Virus record (IMG/VR): IMGVR_UViG_3300020477_001008
Location: 62,001-126,000 of that record
DNA: 64,000 nucleotides
Direction: 5' to 3' (one strand)
Below the pieces are notes generated by a model that had not been told where the DNA came from, did not search any database, and saw only the letters and a list, made by a program, of their open reading frames with translations. Both the position numbers and the translations under genes were made by a program. Position 1 is the first letter of the stretch; the number at the start of each line of letters is the position of its first letter. Positions 1 through 11,354 of the stretch are shown here, piece by piece.

Positions 1-3000
1 GATGTGTCAATACCATTATTTCTAGTAGCAAGTCTTACATCTTTATATGTATAAAGAGGATGTTTATTTGAACCATTAAAGAAAGTACTTGAATATGCTG
101 ATACAGTTGTTGCCGCAACAACATCATTTTCTGGTAAATCAAATACATTGTAAATTGCTTTTTTATAATTTACAGAAATTTTTGCAGTACCAGTTGTTGA
201 TCCTGTAGTTGCAAATCTAATTCTTAATGTAGCATTTGCTCTATCTGTAATTGGCGTACCAAAAGATGTTGCAACTGCATTAGTAGATAAACTTTGATTT
301 GAAAGTAAACTGTTTGGTGTTGCTGTTGTACCAATATCAAATTGTGGATTCGATCCATCAAATGCAGTATTGATTACAATTTGTACATTAGCAATTGAAT
401 CTGGTTTAATTAATTGATCTGTAAAGTCTACATATTTGTTGTCACTATCTGTGATAGTATCTTTAACAACAATACCAATTGTTGGATTATCTGAAAATTC
501 TTTTCTATAACCATAACTACCATTTTCAACATAAGCTTTATTAATTACACCCGATGATGCACTAACAACACCAGTTGCTGGTGATGTTCCTGAAATAGTC
601 ATAGTAGGTGAAACATAATTTGAACCACCTTTGTTAATTGTTAAATTTAATATTGCACCAAATGTTGAATCCCCGTATGCTGATCCAGACCTTGCTGTAA
701 CAGTATGTGATCCAGTTGTACTTGCACCTCCAGTACCACCTGTTATTTGATTTGTTGTATCAAATGTATTTGTGTGATCGTAAATGTGTAAAATTGTACT
801 TGTACCATCTGTATATACATTAATTACTTTACCAGTTGCACCTGTATTTGCCTGTGTTATAGTTTCCCCATATTGGAATGGCGTACTTGCATTTGATAAT
901 GTTGTATTAATTTGGTACGTTGGATTATTTCCTTTAAACCTAATAACAGCACTAGAACCAGCTGAATCTGATCCACCTGTTTTAATTGATACGTTACCTG
1001 GTTCACCGTAATATGCACCACCAGGATTTGTTAATGTTATTGATGTAATACCACCACTACCGTTGATTGTTGCAACTGTACCTGATGCAGATGTACCACC
1101 GTTTCCGTCAGCTTCAATTGTATCTCCAACTGAATAACCTGAACCAGCAGTTGTTACTACCATTGCTGATACCCCATCAGCAACATTGGCTACAGAAACA
1201 TTTGCATTAGCTCCACCAAAGTCTGTAAAGTTAATTGTTTTTTCAATTACTTGATCTGTTAGTGATAACTGAAATGTTTTTGTTCCATATGTAGTTGTTG
1301 TAATTGTACTTGCGTCTGCATTTTTATGATCTGGTAATACAGCTTCAAATGTAGCATTAGCAGTTGTTACTAATTTTCCAGCAGTCTCATTCATTGATAC
1401 TGTTAATGGATTAGTTGTAATAACACTTTCAATTCCGTGATTTGTATCTGTTAATCTGTATACGTTCCAGTCACCATTGTCATCTTTTGCTACCCAGGTA
1501 GTTGACCCTATAGCAACATCAGTGTTACTTGCTACGGTATTACCGTATTGTGTTTTTAAATTTGCTTTCTCTAATGCTTGGAAATTTGTATCATTAATAT
1601 GTACGTATCCAGCTGTTGGTAAATCAAATGATTCTGCTCTAGTTGGCCAAATAACATCTGATACTTTAGAGCCTGTTGGCTTTTTAGTCCAGTTTAAACT
1701 GTCATCAGCATCAATAGTAATAATATCATCAGTAATAATATCTGTAGTAACTACATTATCAATTCTTGGTAAAAATTTAACTACTTGAGGATTTGTTTTA
1801 ATTTTAGTTGGATCAAGTCTAAATTCCATAGATTGATTAATTTCTGTACCACCAAATTCACCAACTTTAAATGCATAATACTCATAAAGATTAATTTCTT
1901 GTCTTTCATTAATAATATCAGTTCTTAAAATTTTATCAACTGAGTTTCTAGAACCTTTTTGTCTTACAAATCCTTGATAGAATCTTGTTTGACTTTCATC
2001 AACAATTTCTAAGTTTTCTAAACTTTCTCTATTTTGGAATCCAATTGTATGTAACCCTGCTTTGTTTAACTGTTCATTATTAGTTGTTTTGTCAATATCT
2101 AAATATGTTGTTACATCACTTGCCGCAGTTTCAAAGTTTGATATAATACCTTTCTCAGTATTAATTAAGTATCCATTGGCTTCTAGTTTACCATTCCAAT
2201 CATTTGTTCTTAATAATGTTTGCTTTAATCTTGGCTGTCTAATAGATAGTGCTGGATCATAAATTACATCTTTAAATGTTGTTACGTTATCAAAAATTGT
2301 AATATGTTCAATCTCTCTTGCATATACATTTACAAAATATATTGGTCTTTTTTCATCGGATGTTATTTTAACTGTTGAACCATCACGTATAATTGTTGTT
2401 GTTGATGGATCAATTGGTTTACCGTCTTTATCTAATATAGAATATGAACTACCAATAACATCTTCAACACTTGCCACAACACCGTTTAGTGGTTTAAACT
2501 TAACTTTGTTTGCCGCCGGCGAAACTGCTAAAATACTTTCAGCAGGCCAATTTCCTAAACTCCAGAATAAAAATTCTTTAGCAGAATATAACCAATTATA
2601 TGTTTCTTGTATATCAGTATTAATTGAATCAAATATCCAACCTTGTGACTCTAAGTATCTACCATAGTTAACTATAAAGTCAAATACTTCTTGTTTAGTT
2701 GTAAATTCTTTTCCATATTCAACATCAACAGTTTCATTTTCTTTACTTGCTCTATAGTAAGTTACACTTGCACCACCTTCCATTGGTGGTTTAGCTACTG
2801 ATAAAAATTTAGTAGGATCAAATGAATTACCTGTAGTGTGTGCTTCTTTAACTTTGTAATATGTTCCTTCATATAAAATATAATCTCCTAAAACAAGAGA
2901 TTGGTTTGGTTGATAATAAGGAATGTCAAGATATTTTCCACCAACTTGTACAGGTACACTTGGTCCTGTTTCTAAACTTACATTAGTTCTAAAATAATTT

Positions 3001-6000
3001 TTTCCAATATCATATCCGTGTACAGACCAACCTCTAGCAGTTTTTTCAATTATAATAGCTGAGTAAGTTGCATTTTGTACTGACGGAGAAATATGTAATA
3101 AGTGATTAATATTTGTATCAGGTATGTATATGCTTGTTCTTTTTGAAGTTGGAGAATATGCTTCAGCCTGGCATTTATAAGAACCAAAGTCAATAAACGC
3201 ACCTTGTTTGTGTGCTAACTGTGGAGTAATATTTCTTATTACACCACCATACAAAATATCTGGTTTTTTATTTTGATTAATTAATCTTTCACTAATATAT
3301 TGTTGATAACCTGTACCAACAGCTATTGAAGTATTAGCTGTTTCTCTGTGAACATATACATTATTTGTATGACGCTTACCTGTATTTTTATCAAATTTTT
3401 GTAATTTGTTTATATTACTATTATCAATGTTTAATGTATCAAACATTAATTCAGTAAATTGTGTTGGCTTCATTACAAATAAAGCAGACATTAATGCAAA
3501 TGGCATAGTACTACTCATATAGAATGCTTTTTCCGCCGGTGCAATATCTCCTATTGACCAATGAAAATGTGCTTCTACTCTATTTGGCTCTCTGCTACAT
3601 AAACCAATATCTTTTGGACTTTGTAAATCACCCTGGAAGTCTACTGGTAGATATGTACTAAAACCATCTCTTCTGTATATGTTTGCTCTTTTTGTGTAAG
3701 ATAAATCTTTAAAGTTTTCTCTTCTACCATAACGTATAATTCCATTTTCAACGTCTGAAATTAATTTATTTCTTTTATCTGTTTCAGTCCAAGAATATGT
3801 ATCGTCCCACCAAGTTGGTTTAATACTAAAACCTAACATTTCCCAAGGTGTTAAATGTGGTCTATCAGTACCGTAGAATTTTTTATAAATTCCTCTCCAG
3901 TGACCAGGTGTAGCTGTATCTTTAATATTTGTAATTGATTTCCAGTTCCAAGTTCTCCAATCTGTTTCACTAACAAGTACCGGATGATTTTTCTGCCAAT
4001 TAACATCATTGAAAGTCATCCAACGATAAATGTGTGCTCTAAAGATTTGATTAAATTCTAAATATGAATAATCTTTTGTATTAAAATAATTACTAACTAA
4101 TGATTCATATGATAAAGGCGCCGTGTAATCTGGATCAATAAATTTATTTTCAATATCATTAAATATTCTTTTCTCAAGTTCTAATAATGCTCTATCTCTA
4201 TCATCATAAAATTTTAAATTTAATGAACCATCGTGTCCTTGAATAAATGTTTGTTCACCTTTATTAAAAGAATCTTTATCAACTATTTCACTAGGTATAA
4301 ACGTTTGGTATATACCAAGTTTTGATGGAGTAGGCGGAATAAACACAGGTTGCTTTTTATCAAAAAAGTCAACTCTAACTTTGTCACCTACTTCTGGTTT
4401 ATTATCTCCAATAAACACAATTCTATTATCTGTTGCATTAGTAATTACATAATCTTGATTCATTACTAAAAGCTTATCGTTATTATAAACATATAAAGAT
4501 TTTGAATCTTTATCATTTACAGGACTATATGCGTATGATGTTACTAATCCACCAGCTGACGAATCAGTTAAAACATTTTGATAATCTTGTATAGCCCAGT
4601 TTTTAGTATCTGATGACCAAGTTTTATTTGCTGTTGTTATTGTTGTAGTATTAGTTTGTTTTGCATCACCATATGAAAGCATTAAACTATAAGCCCAATT
4701 TTCATTTGGTTTTTTATTTTGATTAATTTCTGCTAAAGCTGTATCAACAAGTTTAGTATCTGTCCAAGATGTTACATCATTTCTTCTTGCTACATCTAAA
4801 ATTTTATTTAAAAATTTATACTTGAACCTTACGTAATCAGTTTCAGCTAATCTTAATGATTTAATAATATCTCTATCATCACTATTAACGTGTGATGCTA
4901 ATTTTAAGAAAGGTGCATCGTGTTGCAATATATTTTCACTTAATGTTAAATCTTGTTCTGTGTCTCTGTAGTTGTTATTTCCTAACGCCAATCCAGTTAG
5001 ACCTTTTTGATTTGCAACACCGCCTGAGAAGTGATTTAATAAATCTCCATAATCATATGTTACTACATCAGAGTTTAATGCATTATTAGTTAAATTTTTT
5101 GGTACTTCATAATAAGCTTTATATAAATCTCTTGTATCAAAGCTTTTAAATTTAACTAAAATATGATCAGTATCAATTGCTGGTGTTGTTAATTTAATAA
5201 ACTGATTTTTTTGAATTTCATAATCTGTACCTTGTAATTTTTCTTTATTATTAATAAAAACACGTACAGTATCGTCACCTGCAATAATAGATTCAAGTAA
5301 AAATAGTTCGTTGCTTACTTCATCGGCAACATCAAATTCTTGAACTAAACATTGTTTTGATTTTGTACTAACAGCCGCCCATTCGTTATTGTGTGTAGTA
5401 ACTGTACCATCAGTTAAATTGGTTACATTATTATTAACAATTCTTATACTACCACCCATACCACTATGATTTTTACAATAGTAATATAATTGATCTGGAG
5501 TACCTGCTGTAGGTGTAAACTCAATTTTCCTTTTTGTTACAGTTGCGTTATCAAATGTTGCACTATGATATACTGCTTCTGTTACTTCAATATCATTATG
5601 AAAATACTTAATGCCAGTATTATAAGAAACGCCACTTGCGTGTGATCCATTTTCAGTAATACTCATTAAGAACGGATGATAAGCATCTGAATATCCTCTA
5701 GAAGTAACTGAACTGTCATCTATATCAAAGATATATTTGTTACCTCTAATTAATATTAAATTTTGTTGTTCAATATTATCAATATAAAATTTGTTGCCTG
5801 TAGTTCCACTTGCTTTTTGTACAATTATTTTGTATTCAAATGTATCTTGCAATATATTTTTATAATCATATTTTTTATAATATTTGAAACCAGCTGGGCC
5901 ATTAGTTTCACTGTTTAAATAATTCTTAAATTGTATTGTACTTAAACTTGTATAATCTGTGTATGTTAATGGAAAGCCTAAATGTGTGTCGTTAGTTCCA

Positions 6001-7874
6001 GTACCAACTGTATAACCAAAAATTTCATTTCCTGTAAATGTTGATGAACTGTAAACACTAGTATTTCCTAAATCAATACCATTTGTATCATATAAATTAA
6101 ATTTAGGTGATTTGTTTATTCCTGTTTTTTGTTGTCCTAATTTCCATTCGTAACCAGTCCAGTAATATTCTTTACCTCCATTACTACCACCAAGTCTTAT
6201 AGTAACTTTATCATTGTCTTTTATTTTAAGTTCTGTTCCAGCATAATAAGTTGAGTCATCTAATGCTCTTAATTTAATTACACCACCTACAAATTTTACT
6301 TCATAAATTGATGACGACGCATCAAATGTACTAGACTTAACGTCCCAACCAGTGTCAGGAGTACCGTCACCGTCCTTATCGTAGTCCCAAGGATCAGTAT
6401 TTGCATCCCAGGTAACTAAATCTGTTTGCGAATTTGGATTTACAAATAAAACTTTATAACCTTCTACTAATAATATATCATCAACTCTATATGATGCTTG
6501 ATCTTCTATATCACTAATAGTTGCTGTTGATTCAAGAACATCAACAGTAGTAACGTGTTCAGAACCATAATTGTATAATTCAATATCTTTATTAAATTCA
6601 ATAATTGGTCTTTGACCTTTTCTAGCTTGTTCTAATTGAAATGATGTTTCTCTTAAGAGTGTAGTTGAATCAAAATATCCACCATCCCAGCCTCTAATAG
6701 CATCTGTTATAGAATCAAATGGATGAAACTCAGGAACTTCTTCTTGATAAGTTCTGTAATTTGTAATATTGTCTTTATGCACCCAGCCGTTTGTTCTTGA
6801 CCAAGGATTTTTATCTTTGCAACCTCTATTGATTGTAATATAATCTGCTGTAGCTACATCAGGTATAGTATCGTAACGTTCACTATCAAAACCTTTAGTA
6901 GTATCTGTTTGTGCTATTGTATCTGCTCTGTCCCAAGGTATAAATGTTTCTTTCAAAAACAATTCAGTTTCAACATCTGATGTTTCAACTAATGATATAC
7001 CTTCTTTTGAACCAACACTTTCTACAAAAACTTTTTTATCTTTATAAGTTGTACCAACTAGTGAAGAATCACTAAATTGTATTAACATACCAGAGCTGAG
7101 TGTTACACCATTGGGAGAAGTATAAGATTTTGAACCAATAATATTGTTAGGATCAACTCTATGATTGACAGTTATTTTATCTCCAGTAACAACGTTAATT
7201 GAACTGGTGGCAAATGATAAATTTAAACCTGTGGACTCATAATCGGCTGTTGCGACCCCATTAACTTCTACTATGTCATTGGGAGCGATTGAGTATGTTA
7301 ACACGAACGTTTTTGAGTTTGCAACTGACTCAAACGATTCAACCAAACCTCCTATAACAATAGCAGGTACGTTTAAATCTAAACTTGGATACCAATAGTA
7401 ATTTTCATAATTTATAAACTTATCATAATCTATTGGTGCGGAAAATGTATAATGCTTTTGTTCAAATAATCTATTTTGATCAATTGTTTTACCATTTTCA
7501 CTATCTATATAATTTAATATTTCACTATAAAAAACAGAATCTCTTAAATTTTTACTATCTGGATCTTTAATGATTCCAGCTGTTTCTAATTGATACGTTT
7601 TTCTATTTTTAATTGTTTCTGTTTTATAATTGTCTTTAGCTGGTCTATAAAATACATCAGATTTCCTACCAATGTATTCTGTAACTCTAGTATCATTTGC
7701 TTTACTAAAAGCTTGTTCAACTGTACCATCAAAGAAGTTTTTTAACTTTTCGTTTTGTAAAATTTCAGGTAAGAAACTTATAGCCTTAGCTTTATCGTCA
7801 GTTGTTGAAACTGAATTGCTAACACTTGAATTTGCATTAGATGAATTGAATTTTATTTCATCATCATAAGCCAT
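1..7874 (-). CDS. Giant baseplate wedge/structural protein (T4 gp7-like position), >2600 aa, runs off the left edge of the window
   Basis: ATG at 7874 just after the gp6-like stop reads MAYDDEIKFNSS...ISFLPEILQNEKLKNFFDGTVEQAFSK. The same frame reads ...HPLYTYKDVRLATRNNGIDT at positions 62-3. The ORF track lists no terminated minus-strand ORF here, consistent with one open frame to the edge. Gly/Thr-rich beta repeats near 600-1200. Confidence 0.8.
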   Translation of the reverse strand, partial: MAYDDEIKFNSSNANSSVSNSVSTTDDKAKAISFLPEILQNEKLKNFFDGTVEQAFSKANDTRVTEYIGRKSDVFYRPAKDNYKTETIKNRKTYQLETAGIIKDPDSKNLRDSVFYSEILNYIDSENGKTIDQNRLFEQKHYTFSAPIDYDKFINYENYYWYPSLDLNVPAIVIGGLVESFESVANSKTFVLTYSIAPNDIVEVNGVATADYESTGLNLSFATSSINVVTGDKITVNHRVDPNNIIGSKSYTSPNGVTLSSGMLIQFSDSSLVGTTYKDKKVFVESVGSKEGISLVETSDVETELFLKETFIPWDRADTIAQTDTTKGFDSERYDTIPDVATADYITINRGCKDKNPWSRTNGWVHKDNITNYRTYQEEVPEFHPFDSITDAIRGWDGGYFDSTTLLRETSFQLEQARKGQRPIIEFNKDIELYNYGSEHVTTVDVLESTATISDIEDQASYRVDDILLVEGYKVLFVNPNSQTDLVTWDANTDPWDYDKDGDGTPDTGWDVKSSTFDASSSIYEVKFVGGVIKLRALDDSTYYAGTELKIKDNDKVTIRLGGSNGGKEYYWTGYEWKLGQQKTGINKSPKFNLYDTNGIDLGNTSVYSSSTFTGNEIFGYTVGTGTNDTHLGFPLTYTDYTSLSTIQFKNYLNSETNGPAGFKYYKKYDYKNILQDTFEYKIIVQKASGTTGNKFYIDNIEQQNLILIRGNKYIFDIDDSSVTSRGYSDAYHPFLMSITENGSHASGVSYNTGIKYFHNDIEVTEAVYHSATFDNATVTKRKIEFTPTAGTPDQLYYYCKNHSGMGGSIRIVNNNVTNLTDGTVTTHNNEWAAVSTKSKQCLVQEFDVADEVSNELFLLESIIAGDDTVRVFINNKEKLQGTDYEIQKNQFIKLTTPAIDTDHILVKFKSFDTRDLYKAYYEVPKNLTNNALNSDVVTYDYGDLLNHFSGGVANQKGLTGLALGNNNYRDTEQDLTLSENILQHDAPFLKLASHVNSDDRDIIKSLRLAETDYVRFKYKFLNKILDVARRNDVTSWTDTKLVDTALAEINQNKKPNENWAYSLMLSYGDAKQTNTTTITTANKTWSSDTKNWAIQDYQNVLTDSSAGGLVTSYAYSPVNDKDSKSLYVYNNDKLLVMNQDYVITNATDNRIVFIGDNKPEVGDKVRVDFFDKKQPVFIPPTPSKLGIYQTFIPSEIVDKDSFNKGEQTFIQGHDGSLNLKFYDDRDRALLELEKRIFNDIENKFIDPDYTAPLSYESLVSNYFNTKDYSYLEFNQIFRAHIYRWMTFNDVNWQKNHPVLVSETDWRTWNWKSITNIKDTATPGHWRGIYKKFYGTDRPHLTPWEMLGFSIKPTWWDDTYSWTETDKRNKLISDVENGIIRYGRRENFKDLSYTKRANIYRRDGFSTYLPVDFQGDLQSPKDIGLCSREPNRVEAHFHWSIGDIAPAEKAFYMSSTMPFALMSALFVMKPTQFTELMFDTLNIDNSNINKLQKFDKNTGKRHTNNVYVHRETANTSIAVGTGYQQYISERLINQNKKPDILYGGVIRNITPQLAHKQGAFIDFGSYKCQAEAYSPTSKRTSIYIPDTNINHLLHISPSVQNATYSAIIIEKTARGWSVHGYDIGKNYFRTNVSLETGPSVPVQVGGKYLDIPYYQPNQSLVLGDYILYEGTYYKVKEAHTTGNSFDPTKFLSVAKPPMEGGASVTYYRASKENETVDVEYGKEFTTKQEVFDFIVNYGRYLESQGWIFDSINTDIQETYNWLYSAKEFLFWSLGNWPAESILAVSPAANKVKFKPLNGVVASVEDVIGSSYSILDKDGKPIDPSTTTIIRDGSTVKITSDEKRPIYFVNVYAREIEHITIFDNVTTFKDVIYDPALSIRQPRLKQTLLRTNDWNGKLEANGYLINTEKGIISNFETAASDVTTYLDIDKTTNNEQLNKAGLHTIGFQNRESLENLEIVDESQTRFYQGFVRQKGSRNSVDKILRTDIINERQEINLYEYYAFKVGEFGGTEINQSMEFRLDPTKIKTNPQVVKFLPRIDNVVTTDIITDDIITIDADDSLNWTKKPTGSKVSDVIWPTRAESFDLPTAGYVHINDTNFQALEKANLKTQYGNTVASNTDVAIGSTTWVAKDDNGDWNVYRLTDTNHGIESVITTNPLTVSMNETAGKLVTTANATFEAVLPDHKNADASTITTTTYGTKTFQLSLTDQVIEKTINFTDFGGANANVSVANVADGVSAMVVTTAGSGYSVGDTIEADGNGGTSASGTVATINGSGGITSITLTNPGGAYYGEPGNVSIKTGGSDSAGSSAVIRFKGNNPTYQINTTLSNASTPFQYGETITQANTGATGKVINVYTDGTSTILHIYDHTNTFDTTNQITGGTGGASTTGSHTVTARSGSAYGDSTFGAILNLTINKGGSNYVSPTMTISGTSPATGVVSASSGVINKAYVENGSYGYRKEFSDNPTIGIVVKDTITDSDNKYVDFTDQLIKPDSIANVQIVINTAFDGSNPQFDIGTTATPNSLLSNQSLSTNAVATSFGTPITDRANATLRIRFATTGSTTGTAKISVNYKKAIYNVFDLPENDVVAATTVSAYSSTFFNGSNKHPLYTYKDVRLATRNNGIDT

Positions 7875-7877
7875 TTA

Positions 7878-10800
7878 TTAATTTCCCCCAGTTGATCTTA
7901 AATTTGCACCTGTTAATCCTGAAACAATCTCAACATCATCTACTGATGCAGTTGAAAAGAACAATTCATTACTTGCGGCTTTAATTTGGAATAAGTCTCC
8001 AAATTTAGCTTCAGCATCTTTTGGTACAATAACAACTGAAGAAATTTGTGTTGATAATTGTCTGTGGATGTATGCGGCTAATTCACTGTAATAAAAAGTA
8101 TCTCCAAAATCCCAATTTGTAATTCTAAAGTAAGAACTAATTGCTTTTACCACTTCAGTTTTTACTTGGTTATCCGTATAACTTGAACCTGGCATTTTAA
8201 CTACTCTAAATATAGCTTGATTTACTTCATCGGCTGTAGTACCAAATAATAATTTAAATGAAGCAGATGTATAAACTAATTGATCACTAATTGATTTATA
8301 TTTTTCTAATTCTGTTAAATTATTTTTAATTTCTTGAGATGTTGGTGCTAGTGGAAAATTAGATAACGTTCCACCTGCAGAATGCCAATTTATTACATTT
8401 GTATAGTATTCTGTTTGTAATACTATTAATTCCATAATATTTGATACACTAGGATCAATTCTTTGATCTCTTGGTGCAGAATGTCTATATTGGAAATAGA
8501 ATTTGTTTGTAGTGTTAAATGCTCTACCAATAAATGATTTGTAAATTGTAGTTCCGCTTACTCCATATCTTGTTGTATATGAACTAGCAGTACCATTTGT
8601 TAATTTAGTACCATTCAAGTAAAAGAAGTTATCACTAGTTAAGTATTCTAATCCACTATTTGTTAATGATGAAACAGCTGAAACACCTGTTGTTGTTTTG
8701 TAATATGTGTAACCATCATAATCATCATAACTTATAAAGAATATATTATTTGTATTATTAATAACATTTTCGTGAGCAATAGGATTATCAGGCATACCAT
8801 CATTGTCTGTATCCATATTTGTAAGTTTTATTTTTTTAGTATCAACAAAACCATCTGCTTCAACGTAACTATCACTAACACTAAAAGTTATTTTTTCTGT
8901 TAGTTTAGTTGTACTTGATGGGTTGCTTAATACAGCAACGTCTTTGTTAATATCTAAAAGTTCAATAGTATCTTTAACAGCTTTTCCAGTTGCACTATCA
9001 ATATTTTTATATTCAGGAACATAATAGAATCTAACTTCTTGGTCACTTTCAAATACATAATCTAATCCTCTAATTTTAAATTCATATTTTGGATTACTTG
9101 CCGAGTCAGCCGCCGGTATATAATTTGCGTGAATCAACCAAGATGTGTCAGCCGCCAATGTAGTTGCACCACCGTGTGATTGATTTTTTGTTATACCAAA
9201 ATCGTTAGTAAGGTCAATATAGTCTTCACTAATTAGATACCATTTTTCTGCTTTTGTACTTGCATCTCTATAATGATAACCAATACCAAAATCAACACCT
9301 TTTTCCATTTCTGTTTGTATTAAAGATGTTTCTGAAGTGTTTAATTTTGTTCTTAAGTTTGGAAGAATTTTTCTTACTTTTAAACCTGCTGTAATTGATT
9401 GATCTAAAACAATTGATCCAGTTGTTTCATTAGATAATACTGTACCATCATTGCTTATGCTTACCACAGTAGCCCAAGTAGTTGTAGTTGGTGTAGTATA
9501 ATCATCAACAAATTCTAGTTTAGTACCTGGTCTAATAAAACCAAGTTTCTCATCTGAGCCATTTGGATTATTATAAACTGTAATTAATTGTGCTTCATTT
9601 GGTCTACCTGTATTTGTAATTGGAGTATTACCAATATAAAAGAAACCTGTACTTGATTTTCCTGCTACAGCAAACGGTTGCCATAAAATTTTCTGCGCCG
9701 CTAAATTCATTATAAACTGATTTGCATCGTGTCCAGATTCAATAGCTGTTTTATACGTGTCAAAATAAAAATTCTGTAATTGTATTTTTTTTATTAATGG
9801 TGCTAGTACATTATCAATAATATATGTATAACTTGTTGTATCAACAATAGTACCTGTAATTTCCTCTGTACTTAAAGTAAAGTTTGGATTTTTGTATAGT
9901 ACACCATCTTCACCAAATACGTTTACACTTTTAACTGTACCAGTAGGATCATTTATATCAATATATCTTGAATGACCTATATGAGTTTTATTCAATGCTT
10001 TCATTTTTTGAATCGTAGTTGATTGTGTTAATGGAAAAATATTATAGTCTTCTGCATTAACCATTCTATCTTGTGTGTAAAAAGATTTTGGTGCATTGTT
10101 TTTAATATCTGTATCGGTTTCAGCCGCTTGTGAATTTGATACTGTACTTGATAAAGTTAAAGATATAGTTGCAGTATATTCTTGTCCAATAGAGTTTTTA
10201 TATTTGACTGCTATTTCTTTATTTTTAATTCTATCTTTTTTAAGTACTTGACCTTGTCCATTACTTGTTCTGTAATAAATTCTAAAACTTCCTTTTGGTG
10301 CATTACCAAAATTACCATCACTAAACAATACTGATACTTGGTCACTGTTTCTAGATTGTACAGCATATATGTTTCTTGTGTTTAATGCTAAACTATTATA
10401 AATTGTATTTTGACCAAATAACCCTGGCACAGATTGCCATTTCTCTGTAGGTACACCATTTGTATTAATTTTTTGCACCCAAACATCTGTATCATTTACA
10501 TCTGCTACATCTATATCAACTACTCTGTTTGGTAATGGATTTGAAAATGTATAATCTTGGAAACCTAATTCACCTTCTTTAAAATACATAAAGAATCCTG
10601 TGTCAACACTATTAAATCCTTGATTATCATTTCTGTATATAAAGTTAAAAGCTTCAGTCATATCTGGTGCTGTTTCATACAAGTATCCACTTTTATGAAT
10701 ATCTGCTTTTACAACATCAATTGATGTATTAACACCGTCAATTGTTTCTGAAAAGTTTTTAACAGCTGACTGTGTGCTTGTAGAATTTAAACTATAAATT

Positions 10801-11354
10801 TCAGTTTTAATAGAATTTAATGTAGCTGATTTATTTGGCGTACCAAATTTGTTAGTTGAATTGAAAATTGAATTACAAATTGTTAACCATTGATCATACC
10901 AATCAGCATTGTTTATATCATTCCAATTAACATAAGCATTAGTAAGTTCATTTCCTGAAGAATCTTGTAATGGTTCATTTGTTTTAATTTTTGTAATTTT
11001 TAAAAGACCTCTTGCTGGTACATTTCTTTTTGGTCTATAGTTAATTAATTTTGTTAATCTAATAATTGAATCTCTTCTTTCAGCAGTATCTAAAAAGTTT
11101 TCTCTAGAATTTAAATCTGTTCTAAAAGCTAAACTCTGTCCTAAGAAAGCAAGTAAGTCTATGATAGCAATAAATTCACTTGATGCAATATAGTCATTAA
11201 AATCTTCTGGATAATTTATTTGAATATAATTTAACATTGAGTTACGAATTGAATCGTAATCATATGCTTTGAAATCTGCTTGTGAAAATGTTCTGTAGAT
11301 TGTTTGCCAATCTTCTGCTGAAAATAAATTGTTCTGTCTAACTATCTGACTCAT
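7878..11354 (-). CDS. Baseplate wedge protein, T4 gp6-like
   Basis: N-terminal YDYDSIRNSMLNYI...PEDFNDY..SSEFIAIIDLLAFLG, FSDGNFGNAP and RMVNAEDY motifs of the gp6/baseplate J family; adjacent to gp25. Confidence 0.85.
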   Translation of the reverse strand: MSQIVRQNNLFSAEDWQTIYRTFSQADFKAYDYDSIRNSMLNYIQINYPEDFNDYIASSEFIAIIDLLAFLGQSLAFRTDLNSRENFLDTAERRDSIIRLTKLINYRPKRNVPARGLLKITKIKTNEPLQDSSGNELTNAYVNWNDINNADWYDQWLTICNSIFNSTNKFGTPNKSATLNSIKTEIYSLNSTSTQSAVKNFSETIDGVNTSIDVVKADIHKSGYLYETAPDMTEAFNFIYRNDNQGFNSVDTGFFMYFKEGELGFQDYTFSNPLPNRVVDIDVADVNDTDVWVQKINTNGVPTEKWQSVPGLFGQNTIYNSLALNTRNIYAVQSRNSDQVSVLFSDGNFGNAPKGSFRIYYRTSNGQGQVLKKDRIKNKEIAVKYKNSIGQEYTATISLTLSSTVSNSQAAETDTDIKNNAPKSFYTQDRMVNAEDYNIFPLTQSTTIQKMKALNKTHIGHSRYIDINDPTGTVKSVNVFGEDGVLYKNPNFTLSTEEITGTIVDTTSYTYIIDNVLAPLIKKIQLQNFYFDTYKTAIESGHDANQFIMNLAAQKILWQPFAVAGKSSTGFFYIGNTPITNTGRPNEAQLITVYNNPNGSDEKLGFIRPGTKLEFVDDYTTPTTTTWATVVSISNDGTVLSNETTGSIVLDQSITAGLKVRKILPNLRTKLNTSETSLIQTEMEKGVDFGIGYHYRDASTKAEKWYLISEDYIDLTNDFGITKNQSHGGATTLAADTSWLIHANYIPAADSASNPKYEFKIRGLDYVFESDQEVRFYYVPEYKNIDSATGKAVKDTIELLDINKDVAVLSNPSSTTKLTEKITFSVSDSYVEADGFVDTKKIKLTNMDTDNDGMPDNPIAHENVINNTNNIFFISYDDYDGYTYYKTTTGVSAVSSLTNSGLEYLTSDNFFYLNGTKLTNGTASSYTTRYGVSGTTIYKSFIGRAFNTTNKFYFQYRHSAPRDQRIDPSVSNIMELIVLQTEYYTNVINWHSAGGTLSNFPLAPTSQEIKNNLTELEKYKSISDQLVYTSASFKLLFGTTADEVNQAIFRVVKMPGSSYTDNQVKTEVVKAISSYFRITNWDFGDTFYYSELAAYIHRQLSTQISSVVIVPKDAEAKFGDLFQIKAASNELFFSTASVDDVEIVSGLTGANLRSTGGN

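Noticed and set aside
784-7869. Plus-strand ORFs 784-1011, 1477-1788, 2062-2262, 4892-5089 and 7672-7869
   Set aside because: Antisense shadows of the giant minus-strand structural gene; no SD or recognisable motifs
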